Shown: in pieces, positions 9,570 through 19,500 of the stretch
Position numbering within the stretch: position 1 is the stretch's first letter
Layout: the number at the start of each line of letters is the position of its first letter
IMG/VR virus record: IMGVR_UViG_3300044551_000092
Location: 96,001-160,000 of that record
Strand: one strand, 5' to 3'
Length of the DNA stretch: 64,000 bases
Source: a virus
Lineage: Duplodnaviria > Caudoviricetes
Position numbers and translations under genes: made by a program
The notes under the pieces: generated by a model
What the model was told of the DNA's origin: nothing
Database searches by the model: none
Seen by the model: only the letters and a program-made list of their open reading frames with translations

Positions 9570-12500
9570 ATGGCTGAAGATAATCAATTCGAAATGAATC
9601 AATTGAGCCAAGAAATGGGTATTCCATTGGTGCGGCCCTCGGAGGGGCAATATCAGTGGGCGGCGTCCTTTCAACCTTTATATAAAACAAAAGCAACTAA
9701 CAATCAAGCTTATCAACAAAAGGTACAACGCATGGCACGTCTTATTTCCAATGAGAATGTGCAGAACTCGTTTAACGGGATGCCTATTTCGTTGAATGGA
9801 CACTATATCTATAAAAATCTTTCAACGCCCTACAACTACAATGCTCAGCAAAATATTAGAGATTTTCTAAAATTTAATCAGGCGGACAATTTTATGGCTT
9901 TTGATATAGAATCGATGGGCGATCCCGTAAATTTTGGTAAATTCGGTTTAACCGAAATCGCAGCGAATGAATTTACTCGGACAAATGGCGATATAAAATT
10001 GACACCGAATAGATTTTTCCGTCTGATTAATCCTGGTAAAGAAGTGCTCTATGATAGTGAAAGATTGATTCGCCAATTAGAAACAGATCCCTATGCGTTT
10101 CGTCGGATGAGCAATTATCAAAAAAGAAAACTAGTTGACTTGATGCGCTATTCGACTCTTCCTGAAAAAGGACAGGCGCCAGCGACATTTACTACAGAAA
10201 ACGATGTGGTTACCAACTTTAGACATAACTCCATTGCCTCAACATTTTTTGATAATGAGACTTTAAATGAAAATAAAGTAATTGCTGAAATGAATCGCGT
10301 GATTCCACATATGCGTTCTGGATTAAATATGCTTTCATCCAATCAGGCAATGAATTCTAAGAAAGCGTTGAGCCAATACAGTCAATTTGTCCGAAAGAAT
10401 CAAAATGTTTTTTTCCTTTCTCACAATGGAGCAAATTTTGATTTACCGGCCTTGCAAGCGGCCGCTCAAAAAGTCGGTGTAAGAATGGCACAACCCGCTA
10501 AACATCTTGATCTCTTGCAAACCATATCAACACTGTATCCAAATATTACGGATTTACATAGAGAACTTAATCCGAAATTTAACGGACGACTGCCAATGGG
10601 AGGTAGGAAGCTGCAGAGTCTGATTCAAACGCTTGGTTTGCAGGATACCGGTCTAGCCCATAGTGCAATGGACGATGAACAAGACATGGCAAGAGTGATG
10701 GCAAAGATTGGACCAGTCTTAAAAAATAAAATTGAAACCAGTAAAACGAAAATAAAAGAAGGATTTAATTATCATCCGACCGGTTTTTCATGGAATGACG
10801 AACCGTTGCGTGTGGGAGACCAACTTTTTGCGTCAGGTGGGGTAAAAGCATATTTGGATGGTGAATCTTCTTTTATGATGGAGGGGGACCGGCAGGGGCA
10901 TTACAAATTAAAGAATGATGGATTCAATACAACTTTTGTGAATGCCAAAACGTTTTATCAAGTGAAAGGCCTTCATGATTTATCTGATGAAAAGACAAGA
11001 CGTCTGGCACTGGAATTGTACGATAAAGAAAATGATCGAAAAGTTTTTATCAGTCGTGAGGGTGATCATGCATTCGACGAGATAGGTGCTTTTGTTCAAT
11101 CGCGTTTTTATAATTGGAGAGGCATCACACCGAATCAAAGACGGGAAATTGGACAAGCACATCTTCGTGATCAGGCTCGACGGCGTTATGAGAGCATGTT
11201 TAGCCTAGAGGGCGGTGGAACCGGTCTTACAAAAGGATTTGAAAGCGCAGAACGGCTATATGGAAATGCTGCGGTCTATGCCAAGCGTCTGGCCGGAAAG
11301 GAGAAAAATATCGAGCGCCGCGCCAGAGAACGGGCAAAAAAGAACGGAACAACCATAGCTGAAGAACGAAAAAAGCTGTTAACTCAGCGGATTACCCATG
11401 AAGAAATGTTACGGAGAATGGACTTTAACAGTCTACCGGTTAAGGATCCGACAACAGGCAAGCTGGCCACCGACGGCGCTGGTAATCTGATTAAAACGTT
11501 CAATCGCTCGGAACAGCAACAGTTCTTTAAAATGGCCCCCCGTCTTGTATCCGAGCTGCCGGTTTATGGTCCGGCAATTAATAAAATCAACCAGGTTTTT
11601 CAACCACAGATTGACCAGGCAGCAGGGGCTAAAGACTATAAGACTATTTTAAGACTTAAAAAGCAACGCGATGTTGCATGGAATCTCTATCATCAAAATG
11701 TCAAACAACAGCTAAAAAGTCAAGGACTGGATCACCTTGTCCCGACTGATCAAGTTGAACTGCCAGAATATGAGAATCGACGGATTCACTTTACTGATTA
11801 TGATAAGGGAATGAATACGCAGCGCTTACTGAATCTGGAAAGTGATCAATCCGCCCGGCAGTCGATTTACCGTTTTTTGAATCAAACCAAAAACACAGAA
11901 GAATCGGCAATACAGCACGCACGCAGGCAAAAAGAACGTCTCTATAAGATGGTCCGGTTTTTGGAAAGCGATAAGACGATCAAAGACGCTGGAGCCTACC
12001 GCTCAATTATTCAAAACACGGATTCAGTCAGTGACGCCGTCGATCAGTTTGTCTCTCGTCTGCGCAATAACGATGCGCTGCAAGAGACTACAAGGCAGCA
12101 GGTGTCACTAGCACGTAATGCTGCAGCGAGCCTTGTAAATCGTGATGCGCTTCGCATGAGGCTAAATAGCAGCATTCAGAAATCAAATCAGGTTTATGAT
12201 AATCTGTTTATTCCTCAACAGCCGGCCGGCACGCGGATTGCTTTCAATCGTGAAACAGAAGATCTATTTAAACGCCTTGATGAACGACATCCTGTAACTG
12301 GACTTGAACCGCATAACCGACAAGCAGTAGAAAGTTTGCTTGGCGATATTATGGAACGATATCCAAATATGCAAACGGCACTATCAATTGATCAGTCGAT
12401 CGGTAATGCCCGTATTTCGGTTTTTCGCCCTGAGGACAGTCGTAGTGTGACGGAACATCTAGCGGCTGGTACAAGCCATCCTAGAGCCTTAGAATTCGAG

Positions 12501-15500
12501 CTACCTTTGATAAATAGTCAAGGTACGCATGTAGTTGGTGGGAGGATTCTTAATGCACGGTCCTATCTTGATAAAACGTCTTCCGGCCAATTTCGCCTTT
12601 CCTCCTCATCAGAAATGATCGCCAATGCATATCGTCACAACTTGCCTAGTATCATGAAACGTTTACAGGACAACCAATTTGAAGAAGCCAATTATCGTTC
12701 GCGGCAAACACTAAATGACAGTATTAATGCTCTATCTGGTATCCAACGTACCGTTGACATAAATGAGAATGACAACGATGTTTTTCAGCATTCTCAGAAA
12801 GATATTACAAACCAGGCGCAAGTTGATGTACAGCGAGGAATGATTCGTGATTGGATTGATACTGGTAAACTAAATCCACGGGAGGACTTAGAATCCTCTG
12901 CATTCATCAACGGAAAGTTAAAACATAACTTGACCTTGAACGATGTGAAGTATAATCGGCAACAGGAATTGCTTCGAGAAATGGGCCGTTGGGCGAATGA
13001 AAATCGTGAACGCATCGGGGTGCCACTATATATCTCCGGCGTCAAAGACGTTCATGCAACCAGGGGAATTATGTCCCGCTTAGATGCTCGTGATTTTCAG
13101 CCATTCGGACATTTTGGGAATCAAGGCCGTCCTAATGCCATTCAGTTTACGAATGCTTTTCCCATCAATGAAGATGTACAAAAAAAACTGGATATGCAGA
13201 AATTCTATTATGCTTATGAAAGCAACGTAACGACGCCGACGGAAGATGCCATTAATGAGTTGTGGCGCAGTTTTCCAGAGAATGCGGGGAATTATAATAG
13301 CGTCAATTTGAAGTTTGGATTTATTGATAATCAGACGCTTTATAAACGGATGGAGGCGTTGCGTGAATCACATGCGGCTGATCTTCGAGAAATGGGAATA
13401 TTACAGGATGACGGTTCATGGAACCCGGCCACTTTTCCCCGAGTTTATGAGCAACAGGCGGCGATGGCCAACGAATTATTGGACAGTATGAGTTACACGG
13501 GGCATCAAATACTTAGCCATAATGAAGGATTTGAATTGGCAGAAGGACTAAGTGAAGGACAGATTGTAAAACCGGGCACCATTGTCGGCACAGAAATTCA
13601 GGAGGGGGTTCGAGTACCTGTTCGCTGGGAAAGGCCATATGAGGGGAGGCTGTCAATGCAAAATGGTCAGACTGCCGTCACTTATACTCGCCACCCCTAT
13701 AAATATATTCTCGAAGGAGAAAAGGTCACTCCATCGCCGGTTCCACAGAAACTGTTACAAATGATTACCGGAGACAAAGACATTGTCGGTCTTATTAATC
13801 CAAATATTCAAAAGCACCAGGATTTTAATTTGCTTTTATCCGGTCAATCACGGATCCTTGCGAATCATTTATCTGATCTTGAAAATCAAATTGATCAATC
13901 TCAAACTCAGCAGCAAGCAAAAAAATTATTGCAGCAAAAAAGGAATATCCTGCAAGCGATTAGGGAAAACAATATTCCACTGCAATGGGATGGCCAAGCA
14001 CGTCATTTCACAGACATATCAGCTTCAATGAGATCTGTAAATGGCGGTAAGTTAGAAATAAATAGCGATGCTTTGGATAAGGTTTTTGAGGCTGGTGGAA
14101 TAAGTCATGCTACAAAAGAAGGCATACAGTCGGGGATCTTAAAAACGATTATGTCTCACGTGGAAGACTATTCGAAAGCTGTTGATTATACGGGGCGACG
14201 GATCATCGGGCATGATGAGAACGGTCCGATTTATGGTAGTGAACGTGCGGGCTTTCGTGCCGGACATCGAGAGATGTGGTCGTTTAAACAGCAAGGGCTG
14301 AATCAAACTTATGATTTAGTGGCTCAAAACATGATTGATGAGGCAAAAGGCATGGATAGCTATGCCTTACACGCCCGTCCCAAACGTCGCTTAATATCCC
14401 GCTACGATGAGGCCCGCAATCTATTGAACACATTAAGTAATACGGTACATTCAACAGATTCCAGTATTTCGAAAACTGACGCACTTAGCATTGATAAATT
14501 TGAAAATTTACCGGTTGAGGAAAAAACACGCTTTGGTTATGCAGGAACCATTTTTGATCGTCAACGGATTCAGGAGTTCGGATTTTGGTTAAAGCTACCG
14601 ACAACCAAATTATCGAATGGACAAGAAATAAAACCGACAATAAATTTAAATGGTCCGGAAGCACCGCCTACTCCCGTCGATCGTATTTTTATGCCCTTTA
14701 CAAATCTTGAAGGAGCATCCGGCCAGATCCATCTGCGAAATTTACAACAACAGATGGCAGCAGTATATCGTCGAGCACAAGACGTAGAGAAGCAGACCAG
14801 CATTTCTGCCCGTCAAAAAGCGGGAGAAGGTCTGCAACGGTCCATCAATAATTATTTCGACAATATTATTTATCAGGCATCGGCTTCAAAAGGTTTAATT
14901 GGTGATACCTTAACAACTCGGTTGAGCAATACCTTCACGGGACGTACAAAAGTCATCGATCCTAGAATTTCTCGTCAGATGAATGGCGATTATGCGATGA
15001 TTTCTGAACAGCGAGCAAAAGACCTTGGAATTTATGACCGATTGAAAGCTGGACAAGCTGTTTATGGGATGCATACACGTTACCCGACATTTCATACTCA
15101 CGCATCGCAAATAGCAAAAATTAAAATGGACCCACATATCAACGATCAAAATATCCATCTAAATTCACTATTAGCCGATTTAACAGGAGCCGATAGCGAT
15201 GGAGATGTAGGCCATCTATGGGTTGCACGTGATGCAAAGGGGCATATCTATGATCATATTCAACATGAGTGGGCAAACCGCTATAAACAAGATCAAGAAT
15301 ACAGAGAACAACTTTGGCAACAACATCTTGCTGATTTTGAAAAAGAAAATCCACATGCATTAGATCAGCTTGCCGGAGATAAGATTGTTGCCAGCTCACC
15401 GAATAATGATGCTGAAGTCATGGCTCGCATCGGCAAACGTTATATCGGTGAAGCTTCCAATCTTGGGTTAGCCATGCGTGCCGCTTCTGAACAATATCTC

Positions 15501-16520
15501 AATAATCAACCGGGGGCTTTACAGGCCATTCGAAATTTTACTCAGGCTTTAGAACAGAAACCTATCTCATCAAAACACATGAAAGAAGCCCCCGAACGTT
15601 TAGTTCCAGCCGCAGAACTTATTTCTGCAGTTCGAAGTCAGGACTTTGATCGAGCACGGGCCATCGACGAAGTGTATTACGGTGGTGAATTTGCGGGAAA
15701 ACATTCCATGAATGAAGCCTTTGAAGCAATGAATCAGATTAACAACCGATTTAATCTAACAGATTCAGCTTTTAAAGTAGGGACCAGTCGAGGCATACGC
15801 CCCGAAAAAGGTTTGCGTCAAGCCTATAATGTTTTATCGGGTAATGGATCAGAAGGAAATTTACAAACAAACAGTCAATTGGAACTAACGCGTCATCTTT
15901 TAGAAAATCAACCGCGTGTTCGCATTTCTCCTAAAGAAGCAATGATGCGTGATCAGATGTATGATAATTCAAGTGGCCTAACAGACCGTGTGCGGCCAGA
16001 ATTGCGTAAAGGCCTAGGAGGGGCTGCGGCGGATACAATCGAAGATTTAACAGGTAACACTAAGGGTGTTTCACAACCTTTAGGTAAACAAACAGAAAAT
16101 CTATTCAATAAACTAAAAACAAGTCCGAAATTTAGAAAAGGCGCTTTTCTAAGTGCTCTTGCTCTTGGTGGGCTGGCAGGTTACAATATTCTTAGACATA
16201 ATCAACCGATTGATATGGAAGAAGCGGAGCAGGGAGATGGCCATTTTATGCCTGCTCCAGCCCCGGAAAGCCCCATTACTTCTAATTTTCAAGAACCTGA
16301 AACACAAAATGCAGATATTACTGTGTTCGCAACTGGACATAAAAATCAGCCACAAATGTTAAGCCAAATGGCGGCACAAGGGATCCAAGAATCATACATG
16401 AATCCTTCTCATACGAACTTTAACGTCCATGTTCAGGATAACTCTTCAAAATTAAGTCGTTTCTGGTATCGAGATCAGGTACAGAAAAATATAGATAATA
16501 AAGTTCAAGACAATGATTAA
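9570..16520 (+). CDS. Single-chain two-barrel (beta/beta'-like) RNA polymerase fused to N-terminal DEDDh exonuclease; putative virion RNAP
   Basis: Exonuclease motifs FDIE, HNGANFD, HSAMDD. Beta-like PFGHFGNQGRP, KYILEGEK, DIVGLINP, GFRAGHREMW. Beta'-like LQRSINNYFDN, RYPTFH, GADSDGD (15186-15206), QALEQKPISSKH. C-terminal hydrophobic GAFLSALALGGLAGY. Confidence 0.85.
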   Translation: MAEDNQFEMNQLSQEMGIPLVRPSEGQYQWAASFQPLYKTKATNNQAYQQKVQRMARLISNENVQNSFNGMPISLNGHYIYKNLSTPYNYNAQQNIRDFLKFNQADNFMAFDIESMGDPVNFGKFGLTEIAANEFTRTNGDIKLTPNRFFRLINPGKEVLYDSERLIRQLETDPYAFRRMSNYQKRKLVDLMRYSTLPEKGQAPATFTTENDVVTNFRHNSIASTFFDNETLNENKVIAEMNRVIPHMRSGLNMLSSNQAMNSKKALSQYSQFVRKNQNVFFLSHNGANFDLPALQAAAQKVGVRMAQPAKHLDLLQTISTLYPNITDLHRELNPKFNGRLPMGGRKLQSLIQTLGLQDTGLAHSAMDDEQDMARVMAKIGPVLKNKIETSKTKIKEGFNYHPTGFSWNDEPLRVGDQLFASGGVKAYLDGESSFMMEGDRQGHYKLKNDGFNTTFVNAKTFYQVKGLHDLSDEKTRRLALELYDKENDRKVFISREGDHAFDEIGAFVQSRFYNWRGITPNQRREIGQAHLRDQARRRYESMFSLEGGGTGLTKGFESAERLYGNAAVYAKRLAGKEKNIERRARERAKKNGTTIAEERKKLLTQRITHEEMLRRMDFNSLPVKDPTTGKLATDGAGNLIKTFNRSEQQQFFKMAPRLVSELPVYGPAINKINQVFQPQIDQAAGAKDYKTILRLKKQRDVAWNLYHQNVKQQLKSQGLDHLVPTDQVELPEYENRRIHFTDYDKGMNTQRLLNLESDQSARQSIYRFLNQTKNTEESAIQHARRQKERLYKMVRFLESDKTIKDAGAYRSIIQNTDSVSDAVDQFVSRLRNNDALQETTRQQVSLARNAAASLVNRDALRMRLNSSIQKSNQVYDNLFIPQQPAGTRIAFNRETEDLFKRLDERHPVTGLEPHNRQAVESLLGDIMERYPNMQTALSIDQSIGNARISVFRPEDSRSVTEHLAAGTSHPRALEFELPLINSQGTHVVGGRILNARSYLDKTSSGQFRLSSSSEMIANAYRHNLPSIMKRLQDNQFEEANYRSRQTLNDSINALSGIQRTVDINENDNDVFQHSQKDITNQAQVDVQRGMIRDWIDTGKLNPREDLESSAFINGKLKHNLTLNDVKYNRQQELLREMGRWANENRERIGVPLYISGVKDVHATRGIMSRLDARDFQPFGHFGNQGRPNAIQFTNAFPINEDVQKKLDMQKFYYAYESNVTTPTEDAINELWRSFPENAGNYNSVNLKFGFIDNQTLYKRMEALRESHAADLREMGILQDDGSWNPATFPRVYEQQAAMANELLDSMSYTGHQILSHNEGFELAEGLSEGQIVKPGTIVGTEIQEGVRVPVRWERPYEGRLSMQNGQTAVTYTRHPYKYILEGEKVTPSPVPQKLLQMITGDKDIVGLINPNIQKHQDFNLLLSGQSRILANHLSDLENQIDQSQTQQQAKKLLQQKRNILQAIRENNIPLQWDGQARHFTDISASMRSVNGGKLEINSDALDKVFEAGGISHATKEGIQSGILKTIMSHVEDYSKAVDYTGRRIIGHDENGPIYGSERAGFRAGHREMWSFKQQGLNQTYDLVAQNMIDEAKGMDSYALHARPKRRLISRYDEARNLLNTLSNTVHSTDSSISKTDALSIDKFENLPVEEKTRFGYAGTIFDRQRIQEFGFWLKLPTTKLSNGQEIKPTINLNGPEAPPTPVDRIFMPFTNLEGASGQIHLRNLQQQMAAVYRRAQDVEKQTSISARQKAGEGLQRSINNYFDNIIYQASASKGLIGDTLTTRLSNTFTGRTKVIDPRISRQMNGDYAMISEQRAKDLGIYDRLKAGQAVYGMHTRYPTFHTHASQIAKIKMDPHINDQNIHLNSLLADLTGADSDGDVGHLWVARDAKGHIYDHIQHEWANRYKQDQEYREQLWQQHLADFEKENPHALDQLAGDKIVASSPNNDAEVMARIGKRYIGEASNLGLAMRAASEQYLNNQPGALQAIRNFTQALEQKPISSKHMKEAPERLVPAAELISAVRSQDFDRARAIDEVYYGGEFAGKHSMNEAFEAMNQINNRFNLTDSAFKVGTSRGIRPEKGLRQAYNVLSGNGSEGNLQTNSQLELTRHLLENQPRVRISPKEAMMRDQMYDNSSGLTDRVRPELRKGLGGAAADTIEDLTGNTKGVSQPLGKQTENLFNKLKTSPKFRKGAFLSALALGGLAGYNILRHNQPIDMEEAEQGDGHFMPAPAPESPITSNFQEPETQNADITVFATGHKNQPQMLSQMAAQGIQESYMNPSHTNFNVHVQDNSSKLSRFWYRDQVQKNIDNKVQDND

Positions 16521-16535
16521 AGGGTGTGCTTATTC

Positions 16536-19500
16536 ATGGCAGTTTCAGTGCCGACTCTGGATGATCGTGACTTCCTATATGGAGAACTGCCAGAGCATCA
16601 TCTCAGAATCGGAGATAGTCAATTTCTAATTCCTCCGACTTCAATCCAAGTTAATCAGACTATGAAGACTGAGAAGATTACGATGTTGCGTTCAAGGGGG
16701 AGCCTGCCGGTTCAATCCGGATATAGTGAGCAATTCATCACTATATCATTGTTTTTCCCTAACGAAGATGCAATTAACTATGAAATGCGTCCTCTCCTTG
16801 CGCAGATGAAAAAATGTCCTTTTCTACCAATAGAGAATACTTATTTAAACAATGTCTATAAGATTAATGCTATTGTAATTAATGATGTCACCGCACAAAC
16901 AAATCCTGGTTTTCCTGGAACGATGACCTTGCTTGTACAGATGTTTGCATTTGACCCGGCAACGTATATCTATGGAAGCAGTGATAAAGACTTTAATGAT
17001 ATGTTCAACTGGCCTTTGTTTCGCTGGTATTATGAACAAAACCTGATACCGCAAACTGACCAACGACATGCCACTTACTATGAGCCATTGACAGAACCAT
17101 TAAATGACAGTTTTTTCTTCAAAATAGCTTCTGAAGATGACCTGATTGCGATGCGGCAATGGCGATTAAAAAAAACAAAATTGATTCAAGACTGGGCTCA
17201 GCAAAATAAAAGCTGGAGTTTTAGTGATTTCTTTGGATTTCTAAAAGGAAAAGTTGGCCAGATTTTTGGGCATTCCTATAAATCAGAAGAAGAACAGTTC
17301 GATGATGATTTAGATAATCTTTATCACAATGCAATGTTTGATTACGATATAAGTTATGAGCCGTGGCCAACCGGTGATCTTATTTTAACGGATCTGGCAG
17401 TGTCTTTTGAAAATCATCTTTCAACAATGCAGCTTGAAATGGATGAAAATCCGACCTATCAATATTTGGGATCCGGAGACGTAACAATTATTGCAAGCTT
17501 TGAAGCCAGCGACGAAGAATCCTTAGCCAGTCTGCAGAATCTAATTGATCGCGGGAACTATTATCTACGGACCTATCGAGAAGAAATGTTGACCGGAGCG
17601 ATTGAATTTGACTGCCAGCTTGCTCGGTTATTCGGAATCAAAAATGTTGTTATCAGCAATATGGTTGTTGATACAGTGGAAAATCAACCCGGGGTTTATT
17701 CGGTCAAACTGACCATGTACGGCTATAACCGAATTGCTAAAAAAATGAATGAAGTCCGTGCAATGACTCTCGGCCTAGAATGGAGTAATGGCGGTACAAA
17801 TGCATTAAAGTATATCATTCCATTTGTGGGTCCGGTATTATTCGGCGCTGATCGCCCCTTCTTTAAAGTTTTCACCAACTATATGAAGGATGTTGGCGAT
17901 GATATAAAAGTGACAAAAGATGGCGTACAACTAGCCATCTACCAATCTGCTGTATTAGAAACTTTTAAAATGGCCGAAGTGTATCCGGATCTGGAGTTGC
18001 CAACCTATGATGAAGTTGAAGCAGCCGGTTTTTCAATTAAAAACTTGAATGACGGCATCTTTGTAGATCCGGATTTCTTTTTAGTCTATGATGACATCGA
18101 AGATTATGCCAGACAGGTAGACACCGTATTCAAGACGGGTGGAGATAAGTTTGGCCTTCGTTTGGAAGATATGACAGGAAACAATGCTTCTGTAGATGGG
18201 ACAAAAATAAAGCCGGCTAAAGACGATAAAAAGAAGAAAAGTACAGGGCTCAAATCATCGCCGCCCAAAGAAACAAAGTTGGATACCAAAAATAATTCAA
18301 CTGATCAGAATGAAAAACTTTTACGCCAGGCTGCCAAAAAATATGGCATTTCGGATAAATTTATTGTCGGCTTTGCAACTTCTTTCGATCCGAAGCTCAG
18401 GCAGTATTACGACAAGGGTGCCAATCCTGACTTTAATTATTTATACTCTTCTCAAGAGACCTCAACGATCACTCAAAAGCAGGATTTAAAATATACAATT
18501 GGTCAAGAGGGCGCTGATTATTATTATGGTGTAATGCGAGTACGTCCGACACTGGGCTATTCCGTCCTGCTTGAAAAACGCACGGATTATAATATCGATC
18601 AAGGCACGCGGGCGATGGCGGTCTCTATCGCACATTTAAGAGCCGGATATGATGATAAAAATGATTATCACTATGAGCATTTAGCGAATGCTTTTGATTT
18701 AGACTTATCCTCAAAAGAGGATGCTAGTTTGTGTGAATTCATGGGCGGTGTAATGATTTATTTAGGTTATGAACGAGAACTAGCAGAACTATTAAAGAAT
18801 AATCGTCAACTTAGTAGTCAGCTTTCGGGTATGTTAAAAGATATGGTTTCAACGATCAAGAAAACGGATGGCGGGACCTCTAAAACGGATCTAATTAAAT
18901 TACCTGTTAAAGATTATAAAAATATCTCCGATTATAAAGCTCCATCTACACTAGTAGCAGGAACTCAAATAAACGAAGATGATTTTGGAGATTTAGAATC
19001 CTCTACAATTAAGGCCAGCATGTGTCATGATACGATATTATATGATCATCGTGGGCGACTGGTTCGTGCATTCCCTTCCTTTTTTATCGCCTTTATTGAC
19101 GAGGGGCGGTATGTTGGAACGTCCAGGATGTCAGACCAGTTCTTTCAATATCGCGGGGTTACTTCGATTGAATATGATTATACGAGAAAAAGTGCTGCGA
19201 ATACCTTATTTTTAACGATGAGCAATGTCTACGGATCACTGTCAGATTCAGAAAAAGCGCAGGATTTAACTTATTCGAGTACGTGGGATGTTTTTCAATC
19301 ATTGATAAACCCGGCGTCTGCCGCCGACCAGCTTGAGCGAAGCCGGCACCGTGATCCAAATTACTATAAAACAATTATGTTGACGACCGGCACACGGGTT
19401 CATTTCAGGATGGGTTATGGTTCAAATATTCAAATGATGCCAACGATCATCAACGGGACGATTACATCAATTGAAAACAAAATGGAAACTCTTCACGTAG

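Noticed and set aside
9570-16520. DNA polymerase III alpha/epsilon, or host rpoB/rpoC
   Set aside because: No PHP or PolC polymerase motifs accompany the exonuclease. The RNAP motifs are highly diverged, on one chain, and lack the ribosomal-protein operon context.
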